From assembly GCF_009914755.1 (NCBI RefSeq), contig NC_060931.1: a DNA stretch of 64,000 bases; one strand, written 5' to 3'. This DNA comes from the human T2T-CHM13v2.0 reference genome, Homo sapiens. The notes below the pieces were generated by a model. The model was not told the DNA's origin, did no database searches, and saw only the letters and a list, made by a program, of their open reading frames with translations. Position 1 is the stretch's first letter; each line of letters begins with the position of its first letter. The position numbers were made by a program, and so were the translations under genes. Positions 50,590 to 64,000 of the stretch are shown piece after piece.

Positions 50590-51760
50590 CAAAAAGCCCG
50601 GAGTGGCAGGGCCGGGAGCCGAGCATCTCGCGCGCAGCCCCAGCCTGCACAGGTGCGGAGCTCGGGGGCGGCTGGGGGCTCTCGCCCCGCCGCGCGCAGC
50701 CTGGAGGCGGCCCCTGCCCTCTTGCGCCTCACCGCCGAGGCCCATGTCCCCTGAGCCACGGACACGGTTCAACAGACACATAAACACGTCTCGCAAATGT
50801 GGGGACAAACTGTTCCACCGTTAGGTATAGGGTGGTTTGCTTGGTGGTCACGGATTCTTTCTCAAAACGTGAAGCTTCCAGGAGCACTCCTGTCTTGGCA
50901 AAGCCCCTGCGCTGCCGATGAACCCCCCGGGAGGTGGGATGCGGCCGCTGAGCTGAGCACGACCCTCTGCCCTCGCCGTGAGGTGATGCTGAGGGAACCG
51001 CCAGCGGCCCGGCCCCTCTGCCAAGGGCGAATTTCCGCGGGCCGGCAGCGAGCCAGGCGCCTCAGGCCCCACGGCGACCTGGCCCGGGCTCTGCCCCCAG
51101 ACCTTCCGCCGTGGCTGGGTGTGGGTGGCAAAGCCAAAACAGCCCTCTGAGGAGGGGAGCGACGCCCTCGCACCAGCCTTCTCAGGGCGGCGACGCCCCG
51201 GGTTGCTCCCCACCGGGTCGGAGTCCGGGGGGTATGAGGGACTCCCACTCCCCGCCCCCACCCCTCTCCGCAGCGCGCCTCCCGCACCTGCGCCGCCGCT
51301 TCCGGCCCCGCTGGCCTCCGACACTGCCCGCTGCGCCCGCAACCACGGGAGCACGTCCTTCCCGAGGTCGAAGTCGGCGACCAGGCGAAGAGCCATCGCC
51401 CGGACACGACCACCGGGCGGCTCTGGGGCCCCGCACCGCGGGCATTCCCGGCCCCGCGTGGCCGCCTCGCCCTCGCGTCCCCGCTCCCGCCCCCTCTTTC
51501 CTCTCCCCCGCCCCCTGCTGCTTTCGGTTCTGCAGCGCCCTGGCCTGAGAAGCTCCGGCACCAGCTCCTCCCGGCCGGCGGCCCGCACCTGAGCCGGAGC
51601 CGGAGCCGGGCACGGCGGGTAGCGGTGGGGCGGGGTGGACCAGGCGCCAGGACCAGGCCCGCCGGGGCGGGAGGCCTCCGCGCGCACCTTCGGGGCTGAG
51701 GATAGAGGGCGCAAAGACGTGGGCGCTTCAGGGCCTTGGCGAGGCCGCTAGCCCAGTGGC
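50590..51760. promoter_or_regulatory. CpG island promoter of GSAP with GC boxes
   Basis: Very high GC and CpG density around exon 1; GGGGCGGG motifs near 51627 and 51665; no obvious TATA box. Confidence 0.92.
51288..51396 (-). CDS. GSAP: GSAP coding exon 1: MALRLVADFDLGKDVLPWLRAQRAVSEASGAGSGGA
   Basis: ATG in strong Kozak context (GCGATGG) inside the CpG island; donor CAG|GTGCGG; 109 nt. Confidence 0.96.
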
Positions 51761-52253
51761 TTCCAAACCTGGAGGGTCGGCCTATTTTCTTTATTCTACA
51801 AGTGCCTCCACTGTGCAGCAAAGTGTGGAAACCACTTGGCTTGAGAGAGCTGGGTCCTCTGGAGCAGTTCAGGGTCACCACAGAAGTAGGCCGTCTCTTG
51901 GGCCTATTCGCCCCAGCTTCGAGGTGGTGGTGCTTTATTAGTGTTATTAAGGTAATGAGTAGCAACTGGGAGCGTATGACGAAGGTGATCCCATTGTAAG
52001 AGAAACGCTAAAAGGGGTTAATGCGCTTGATACAAACAGCGTCCTTTTTGCCTTTTAACTCTAGTACATCTCATTTGATGCCTTGAGACATGAAAACTGA
52101 ATCTTAAGTCTCCACGCAAACCCTCTGCCTCCCACCAGGGTCTAACAGAGCACTCTGGAAGGTGCTCGACAATTACTGAAGAATGAGTGAATACAGTAAT
52201 AAAGAATGCTTTTTCACATGCTTCCGAAATTAAGGTCTGAAAACTACTTGTAT

Positions 52254-52261
52254 TGACGTCA
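52254..52261. promoter_or_regulatory. Full palindromic CRE (TGACGTCA), ~860 bp upstream of the GSAP ATG
   Basis: Exact motif match; function not shown. Confidence 0.4.
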
Positions 52262-52871
52262 TCTGGGGCACTATTTTACAATGCAGACTCCTGATCTCTA
52301 CACCTGGACAAGACCAGAAACGTGCATTTTACCCAGAGCCTCGGGTGATTCTTAGGCTTACTAAGTTTGAAAACTACTCCAACCAAATGTAAAAGAAAGT
52401 CTTGAATTTTTTTCCCTCCTAGAGACATGTTTCTCCAACTGAGGTAATGGATGATTTCAGGTAGAACTCCATTACTCACCACCATATACAGAGGAAAGTC
52501 CTCCCACCCGGGAAGTGCATGCAAATTTAAGATAAATGCCTAATGAAGCTGCTAATATTATCAGTGAATAAAAGGAAGGCCACTGGAGCCCCCAAGGAGC
52601 TAATGCAACTATTTCATATCAAATAAGCTTGTTGCCTTTGTCATACAGAAACACTGTTGGCCAATTTTTTAAAGTCAGTACATTTCCATTGTTTTTATTT
52701 TTGCAGTTAACTTCTATTTTTGCCAGGCAGGACTGATTTTATAGTCAAGCAGTGATGATATAAAAAATTCTCTTCAAATTAAGTGAAAAAGCCAATGTAA
52801 AGAAGGTGAGAAATAATAAGATAATGATAGAAAGATGTGGCCAAAATCATGAGGGTGCTATATGAAGGCAT

Positions 52872-53370
52872 GTGTATCAGTTAGGATTAGATTCTCCAGA
52901 AGTTAATAAGAACTCAGATTAACAGTAAATTAAACACACAAGTTTTATTCTGTCACCTAGCTGGACGTAGGCAGAATAAAGCTCTTAGGGCAGGTTCCTG
53001 AATTTATCAGGGACCCAGGCTCCTTCCAGTTCTTTGCTCCACCTGATCCTGAGTGTACCCTTGTCCTCATGATCAAAGAGGGCTGCAGAAGCTTCAGCCT
53101 TCACGTCTGCATTCCAGAAATCAGAATGGAAGAAGAGGAATAAAAAGAGGATGCTACCTCTCTTTTAAGGATACTTCCCGGAAGTTCTACACAACATTTC
53201 TACGTATGTTTCACTCACCAGAATTTAGTCACATGGCCAAATGTAGCTTTCAAGGGAGGCAAGGAAATATACCTGGCCATTGCTGTGCCCAGATAAAAAT
53301 CAGGACGGTATTACTGAAGAAGGTGGGGAAAGTAGATATTCAGAAGCAATTAGAGATCTCTGTCAGAGTA
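52872..53370. mobile_element. MaLR (MLT1-type) LTR
   Basis: tgtatcagttaggatt..., ttagtcacatggcca...gcaaggaaat motifs. Confidence 0.6.
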
Positions 53371-55364
53371 TGATACCCGATTCCGGCCACTGAGTTGTAA
53401 GGAAACCTCTGCTATGACAGATTTCTCTATTCTTAAAACAAGAGACATGGGAAAAGATGGTCCCTTTCAGTCTTTAACTATTTCGGGATCTAGATATGAT
53501 TGCTGGAATTTCAGCCATCTAGCACACTGAAAATGGAGTCATTGGAGTCAGGAGAGTCCAGAGAACTGCAGAGAAGAGAAACCTTGGTAAATTATTTTTG
53601 GAGCCATCCTCTGCCCTTTCTGATATTAGAGATGTTGAATTTCCTATTGTTTAAATGATATTCAGTCAGACTTTTATTTTACTTGCAACCAAGGGTTTCA
53701 ATTTTAAGGAGTGATCATTTCAAAATTTAGGGCACAGGCCAAAGAGCACTATAATAATAGGTTTGTGTTTGAACACTTATTAGAACACATTCTATATTTT
53801 GTATTGTTAACATAAAATGAAGTTATGTTGAGGGAGTAGGCTTACAGGAAACAGCTCAGATAAGCAAAAAGAGTTTGTTGCAAAGCCCTGAAAACCTAAG
53901 GGCCTCTGGATTAGATCACCTGAAAGTCATTCTACGTATCATGCAAGCCAGTTTGAGTTGGGTTTTCTGTTACTTGTGCCAAAAGCATCTTAAATCAGGG
54001 ATTTTCAAACTTTAATGAGCATTCAAATCACCTAAGGATCTTGATAAAAGGTAGATTCTGATTCAGCAGGGTGAGGTGGTGCTGAAGAGTCTACATTTTA
54101 ACGAGTTTCCAGGTCATGCCAAAGCTGCTGGTCCACAGATGACATTTTGAATAGCAACATTCTGCTACTTAATGTGAGGAGCTTTCCACCTCTGTATTGC
54201 TGCCTTACTGTCCACCATAGAGAGGGCCAGGTGAGGAAATGCATGAAATGGCTAGCTTTGAAGATATACCAGAGCTAAAGGTCGGTATGTGAGGAGAAAT
54301 CTAAAATGGAGGTAAATATTGATTCCAGAAGTTTGAACCACGCCATGAGTCACAAGTTTTAGTAGCAAGCCACAGAGAATCAGCTAAAGGGAGGAGATAA
54401 AGGTGCTTACACTATAGTAGAGATGCAAGCACAAGGCAAGAAAAGAGGTGAAGCAATGCAGAGAATCAGAATCTTCAAAATTATGATTCTTGTGCACACC
54501 GAAGTTTGGGGAGCACTGGTCTAGCTATCTGGTGCTTTAAATGGAGGTGGTTTTCTTTCCTTCTCTTCGTGACTGGATTACTGAGTTTCAAGCCTGTGTT
54601 GATTTGTTGCAGAGCAGAGACCTCACCAAGATGCAGTAGGCAAGAGGGGAGAGGAATATGAGTCCTCCGAAACACACACTCTGTGCACAGCACAACACAG
54701 TGATCCTAATAAAATAAATAGGCATCCTAAATCAAGGTGATCTACTTTACATATGTTCACTAACTTTTCAGTGTTCTTCTTAGTATAATTTCAAGAATAG
54801 TATTAAAGATTTATACAAGAGAAGATGAAAACAGTTGTGGTTTTTCTAGAGAATTTTTAAAACTACATAAGATGTTCAAGATGAATAATTCCTGAATTGC
54901 CAATTCCAAGTGCTGTTATAATAAAGATGTCTTTGCAGTCATTTCATAGCAGTTTTTTATTCTGTCCTAAAAATGAAGCACATTGACACCCTACATATTT
55001 TCTTCATCTAACAGTTTTATTTAGATATTTTTTTAAAATAGAAGATATAGTCCTATTTCTTAACAGTTACAAGTGGAATTCCAAGGACTTTCCCAACTCC
55101 TAACTGTTAACAATAGTTTTCTGTGGGGAACGTAACTCAGTGAAGGTTGTTTTTTGTTTTTGTTTTTGTTTTTGTTTAACGTTAGGCACATGTTAGCTTT
55201 TCAATTTTAAAAACTAGCTTAATTTTTAAAAATGTATCTTCACTCAGATTTTGACTATAAAATTATTGTTCAGCCTTTAAGGGACCATCTTCCTGACAAC
55301 TTCGGCTAATTTTTGTCCTGTGTAGTTACATAGATGGCTACATGCTCAGGGCCATCATATATTG

Positions 55365-57095
<1,731 letters not shown>

Positions 57096-57355
57096 ACATA
57101 GTTTTTAATACACAGATGATGATAGGGAGATAGAGGGGTAGATATCATAATAAATATGCATATGCATGTATGCACATACACACATATATTCTTTAGTTCT
57201 GTCCACTGAACATCGGGGAGCAGCAATGCCCCTATATCAATCAACACGTCTGGCATAAAGAAAGATGAACCTGGAACACCTTGTAGTGCCAGAAAGCAAG
57301 AACATGCTCAAAGAACCATGAGGACATGTCAGAAGGACACAGCAGCCAGTGTGAA

Positions 57356-58066
57356 TGAAACCCCTGTCGCAAAAATTATAACAGTGAGAAAATTATGACA
57401 GTGAAAGAGATCTGACCTAATTGACTCCAACTTGCTTCAAATCTCCAAGCTGTCCTTGTTCATTCCTGGATGTAGGCCAAACTAACTTTGAGAGGAACTT
57501 AACTTTAACTTTGAAACAAAGATGATAACAGCCTTTTCCCAAAACATACCCCCTTCTTGCCTGGGGACCAGACTGCCTTTGTAGGACTAACAAGTTAGAT
57601 ACAAGATCAGAAATTATGGTTTAAGAGTCATGCAGCCAGAAACCCCAAGATCACTAACCCCCCCAATTGCTCCTATAATAACATCAGTATTGTAAAACCC
57701 AATATTGGTGTTTGAGGTCTTTTTCAGACCTTGTACTCCATGGATCAGCTGGTCCCACCCAGATCAATAAACTGGCTCATCTGGTCTTACAACCCCCACC
57801 CAGGAACTGACTCTGCACAAGAGGACTCCTTATGATTTCATCCAACCTGACCAATCAGCACTCCCCACTCCCTGTTCCCCAACCTGCCAAATTATCCCTA
57901 AAAGCCCAAGTCCCTGAATTTTCAGGGAGACTGATTTGAGTAATAATAAAACTTTGGTTTCCTGTTCAGCCAGCTCTGCATGAGTTGAACTCTTTATTGC
58001 AATTCCTGTGTCTTGATAAATTGACTCTATCTGGGCAGGGCAAAATGAACCCATTGCGCAGTTACA
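57356..58066 (+). mobile_element. ERV1 solo LTR (LTR8/LTR8A-like) with 4-bp TSD tgaa
   Basis: TG...CA termini, tgaa on both sides, internal AATAAA, LTR8-type sequence (gtgaaagagatctgacctaa...aagctgtccttgttcattcctgg). Confidence 0.85.
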
Positions 58067-58757
58067 TGAAGGAGCTTCCAACTGGCCAGATCTGGGACAA
58101 TTTGAACATCAAAATACACAATGGCAATAAAGAAGTATAACTTATTAAAACAAGAAACCATAAGTCCATAGGAATATAGATACATATATATGTATATGCA
58201 TATGATATCTGTATATATACAGATATATATGTATTAAAATATATACATATATTAAAATACATGTAATATATGTATTAAAAATACATATATATACATTGAA
58301 AGTTTGAGGAACAGGACATCTAGTTTCCAAATACTATCCCACAAAATACTTATTAAGCCTGCTATACATCACTTTAATTAAGTGAACATCATCAGTAATA
58401 GGACAAATGGAAATCATAGGATACAACCTCTTCCAGAAATGAATAACCTTAATCTAATCATGAGGAAACAGCAGACAAAACCAATGGAAGGACATTCTAC
58501 AAAATAACTGAACTGTAATCTTTTGAAGTGTCGAGGTCATGAAAGCCACTGAAAGACTGAGAACTGTTCCAGAAAGGAGACTAGAGAGACATGGCAGCCA
58601 AATGCTCCACATAATCCTGTCCTGGATTCTTCTCCTACAAAGGAAGGGGTCTGAGGATTAGGTGGTAGTACTGAATCAAGGTTAGTTCCCTGATTTTGAT
58701 GTTTGTACTGTGGTTATATAGGAGAATGTTCTTTTTTTTTTTTTAATAGTTTTTTCA

Positions 58758-58863
58758 TGTCAGATGGGTAATGTCCCAACATTGTACCAAGATTCGAGGG
58801 TGGCACATGTCACATATGAGCATGTGAACACCCGATCATCATGCTTATGAACTACGAAAGGAT
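58758..58863 (-). pseudogene. U13 (SNORD13) snoRNA retropseudogene
   Basis: Minus strand reads ATCCTTTCGTAGTTCATAAGCATGATGATCGGGTGTTCA...CATTACCCATCTGACA, followed by an A tail; TSD gagaat(g/a)ttc. Confidence 0.88.
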
Positions 58864-58993
58864 CAGAGAATATTCCTGTTTGTACAAAATACATCCTAAA
58901 GTATCTGGGAGTAATGGGACATCAGATCAGCAGTTATTCTCAAATAGCTCAAAAAAACATGTTTCCTATATTAAACTCCCAACTTTTCTGTAA

Positions 58994-59617
<624 letters not shown>

Positions 59618-62329
59618 GAAAAATATTTTTTAAAATCATAAATGTTATCAGAAGGACTGGTATTTCTGAAGTCTCATAAAGTTTTTTTCTTTTTCCCCCA
59701 CGTAAGGAACTATCATCTCCTATTGTGCTGTAGGCAAACTTGAGTGACATGGGTAAGTTTGATTTAAAACACTGAATTAAAAGATGCAAGGGCTTTACAT
59801 TAGATTGCATTTTCCCCCCACTGTACTGCAAACCCCTAATGAAATTAACCGCATTTATTGGCCTTGTGCTGTATGAATTTAATTCTCCAAAACTGGCTGA
59901 AATAAGCCATAGTCAAATAACAGAAGAAGCTTAATGAAAAGTGTTATTTTTACCTTTTAAATGACTGTCCTTTCCTCTATAATAAGAAACTTCCATTAAC
60001 TGGTCTCAGGAAAAAAATTACTAAAATCAAACTTTTTTTGCAAAATAATCATATGACTTAATTGCACAGGCAAATTCATGACAAGGAATAAATAATATCT
60101 ATTACAGAAATATTTTCATTAAAATATACACATTGACTTCCTGAAATCCTTTGTGAATTTCATGAGTAGCACTTAGCCATTTTAAAAGAAATGTATGACA
60201 GATACTTGTGTGTGTGGCAGATTTTTAATGTCCAACTGCCATGTGTTCTGTACATAGATTTTTTTTCTCAAATTTCTAAACACAGTGGAAGCCACCAGAG
60301 AGAATATCTGAAGCAATTCATTAAAATCTTGGCAGCCAGACCCCAGCTCCCACTTTCCCTGAAAGCTCCCTTTAATGAAGCTGAACGCTGTCCCAGCAAT
60401 TCCCTCCACAGAAGACCTACTGTCACCACCTCTGGAGGGGCAATTCCTGGAGGAACCAAGTCAGCCAATCGAAGGTCCTGAATAAGCAAAAACTAAGTAA
60501 ATAAATTACCATCTCGAAAGTGATGGGTTAGTGTGCTCTTTTGAATGCCCCGTAGGAAAATAAATTTGATTAAAATTAAATATTTTGTTGTACGATGTAA
60601 TGCTCAAATTCAGGGGATTCTGGTGTCCCTCTGGACAGTGTCAGTTGTTGGGGGAGGAGGGAAATGCCAGCTGTCCTATGGCTGTTGAATCACAAGAGCT
60701 TATTTTCTTTGATAGGATTTTACTTTGAAAATATGTTGTAGGTGATCATAAATGAAGGATGTGCCGCCTTGCTAAGAACATTACATTTTTCTGCATTTTT
60801 CACCTGTTTGTGGCTTTGCATGTTGTTTTTTTCACTGCTGTTCCCTCCAGCCGGTTTTGATAATGAGGGCTGGGAAATTTTTCCTGATTCCAGTGCTCCA
60901 CAGGAGCCTCTTGCCTCCCTCCGGTCTCCTCCCAGTGGCTATCTCTTTGGTGTCTTTGTTCTCAACACAAAATAGTCCCTGCTAGCATTGACCAAACTTC
61001 TGTGAATACTCACTGACTCATTAGCTACTTAAAGATCTTCGTTAAGCAGCTTCTTTTTTAAAATTTCAATCGTGGTTTATTTTTTATTTATCTTAGCATG
61101 AATCACAATATACAAAAGAAACCTGACTTAACATGGGTTATAAAAGAATTACCATATCATAGAAAATTGTTTTGAAAAAGATTTTATTGTGCAAAAAAAA
61201 AAAAAGCAAACCTCTGAACCTTTCTTTACATGAATGCTAATAATACAGACGACTTTAGAGAAATTGAAACTAGCCCAGCCTGTTCGAAAGGGGATCCAAG
61301 CAGTTCATCACCAAAACGGCCACAGCTCAGCTCTCTTAAAACCCGTTATTTTCTGAAAATAATCTGTAGAAGTATTGAGATTCGTAGGCAATATTTTAAA
61401 CATTTTATGAAGGATTCCATTAGTTTCCCTCTTGTGTTTAATTTTTTGAACTATGTTTAATTTAAACCCTCTTCATTCTCAAAAATCTACATCTTTCCCA
61501 GATTTTAAAAGAGGCTACCTCCTCCACCACAGAATTTTTCTTTAAGAAGACAATCAGCACGTCTATCTTTTTAGTCAAGATCCATCTCTGGATCTGCTAG
61601 AAGAGAGACTATGGAGACAAATTAGAGTCCATGGGAAAGCGATATCTCTGTCCCCTGCGTGGAAGCAGCATGCCATCAGAATGCTTAGTATTAATCGCAA
61701 ACTGAACCCTGTAATGTGTCACCTTTCTCTTCAGGGCCTCCAGCTTTCCAAATGTCCATCTAATCTGTGTCCACCCCCGGGAGCAGATAGTAGTTTCCCG
61801 TGTTCTTTGATAGTATCAAAACTTTGTCACTTAAGAAAAAGCCTGATATTTACACCAGGTTGGCCAAATGCTCAGCTGAGTCTCAAGAGGGTAAAGAATT
61901 TCAGGCATTTAAAAAAAAAGAAAAGAAAAAGGCCAGCAATGGAGTCATGTATTTAGTACTTGACTCAGAGTTAACAGGCCTGGATTCTTGAGGCAGCCCT
62001 GGCATGAACAGGCTCTGTGACCTTAGGCAAGTTGCTTAACTTTTCTGAACTTGGTTTTCTCATTTGTAAAATAAAAGAAGTTGAACTATGATCCCCAAGG
62101 CCCCATTTGCTTAACAGTGCTGATTCTTAACTACAGTAGCAATAAGATCATCAAAAAAATTCACTTCCCAATCCCTGTCACCAAGTTCATATGCAGAGAG
62201 ACAGAGGGGCTTAGGAGAAAACTGCAACCTAGTAACCAAGGAAACATGAAAATTTTAACAGTGAAAGACATCCTGTGTAGCAAATTCTACAAAGTGAACC
62301 AGGAAAATAGAATTAAGGATGAAGAAATA

Positions 62330-62641
<312 letters not shown>

Positions 62642-64000
62642 TCAGAAACTCTCCTCTACTCCCCAACTTACCCTCAAAAATCAAATTGTAGGTTTCCCCA
62701 CAGATCTCTGGAAAAAAATGCTTGATAGTTCTCTGGGGTAAACCCTTCTATTTGATCTAAGATTCAGGTAGTGTTAACTTTTGCTTCAAATGCCTTAGTC
62801 AAGATTGCTTTTACTGTTAGAAAAATCCTAACTCCTTACATACTGATTATATGCAATCTAGGTAAGTCAAGCCTTCTGCCCTGTCTGCCATTCAGAAGTC
62901 TCTTTCATGTATGTAGCTGAATAGTAATCTCATAAAATAATATTGGAATGAATAAAGACCCAGATGTCTCAGGTCATTCCATCCACGCAGTTTCCTCTTT
63001 CTCCTTCCTATATTTACATATTAATTTTAAGTCACAGGTGAAAATTAAAGCTTGCTGTCTCTCAGTCTCTCTTTGATATTGCAAAGAAATGTTACAAAGC
63101 TTCCTAAGGGAAGGTTTCTTGCAGGAAATAGTGACTCCCAGTATGATTAGTCCCCAAATCTGCCTGCTAGGCTGAGTGAAGAGGACTGAAATGCTCTGTG
63201 GGTCACAAGGTCATAAACCTCAGGAATCTGGCCACACTGTCAGGCATTCTCCGCCAAGGACTGGGGGATGTGGGTTCCTATTAGAAGCCAGGTCACCACC
63301 AGCTGAAATTGAAACATACATCATAGTCACATCCTGTTTAAGTGAAAACTAACTTCTATTTCCTGGAATTGCTTTTTGTCTGAGGAGAGGGAGTGATTGG
63401 GGTGTAGTTAAGGGTAGCTAAGGTGCATGTCATCCCTTGGAATGGGAAGCACGCAGGTTAACGGGGGATGTGGGGACTGCCCTGGAGCATCTTGTCTCTC
63501 AGCCATCTCTAGCTCACGTCTCACCCTCCCTTGTTCACCTCTCCCAAGTTCTCGAGTGAGCATTCTGGGCACAGGGAGGTCAAGAGGAAAATGGGGGAAA
63601 GTAGTGGGAAGGGTAAGTGAGATGAGAGATGGTAATGATAGAGATCAAATCCTTTTTAGGCCTCCTGTCCCTTGTTTTTCCATCTTGGAGATAGGCTCAA
63701 GCTCCGAAATTGAGGGCTACAAGAGCAATAGAGAGAAGCTTTGCTTTCATGGCTGGCACAAAATATGAACCACAAGTTAGAATATCTCCTATTTGAGCAT
63801 TTATCTGGAATGAGCTCTGAATCCCAGAGGAGGAGTTTCTCCTCCAAGATACAAGTCCTGAACTGGCTCAGAAAGAGAAGCACCCTCTAACGAGTTGGTG
63901 GGATAAGCTTTGCGCTGTTTGTGATCAGCCACTCCCCGTACTGCCCACAGGCTGGCCCGCCCGTCCCAACCTTGCTATCACCCTGTGGAATGCCAATTCT

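Noticed and set aside
50544-51999. Long overlapping ORFs (up to 367 aa) on both strands of the CpG island
   Set aside because: GC-rich DNA is depleted of stop codons. Only the GSAP exon 1 segment (and possibly the uORF) has support.
58170-58296. AT-rich self-complementary-looking tract
   Set aside because: Low-complexity (TA)n-derived sequence; the symmetry is trivial.

Overview
This is human (or very close primate) genomic DNA. It carries the 5' half of GSAP (gamma-secretase activating protein, PION) on the minus strand. I traced coding exons 1-12 by hand (ATG at 51396, running down to 9125). All have GT-AG boundaries and splice into one open frame of 871 nt, about 290 codons (MALRLVADFDLGKDVLPW...LCVFTNHT). 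The gene continues off the left edge in intron 12. Exon 1 lies in a CpG island (~50590-51760), followed by ~12 kb of upstream sequence. The rest is ordinary repeat-rich intron/intergenic DNA: Alu, L1, MIR, MER5A, MADE1, MER82/Ricksha, ERV1 LTRs and a U13 snoRNA retrocopy. I see no evidence of a wholly new multi-gene system. The most interesting local observations are: (1) an overlapping upstream ORF that encodes a 59-aa Arg-rich peptide after splicing; (2) a perfect 41-bp-arm inverted repeat and a perfect 30-bp palindrome, each at the end of an old MIR; (3) a twin-primed (5'-inverted) L1 nested in an Alu, next to what looks like a deletion scar; (4) inverted Alu pairs around exons 7-12, a circRNA-type layout; (5) a candidate divergent lncRNA. 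Repeat family names and boundaries come from recognising consensus sequences by eye and are approximate.
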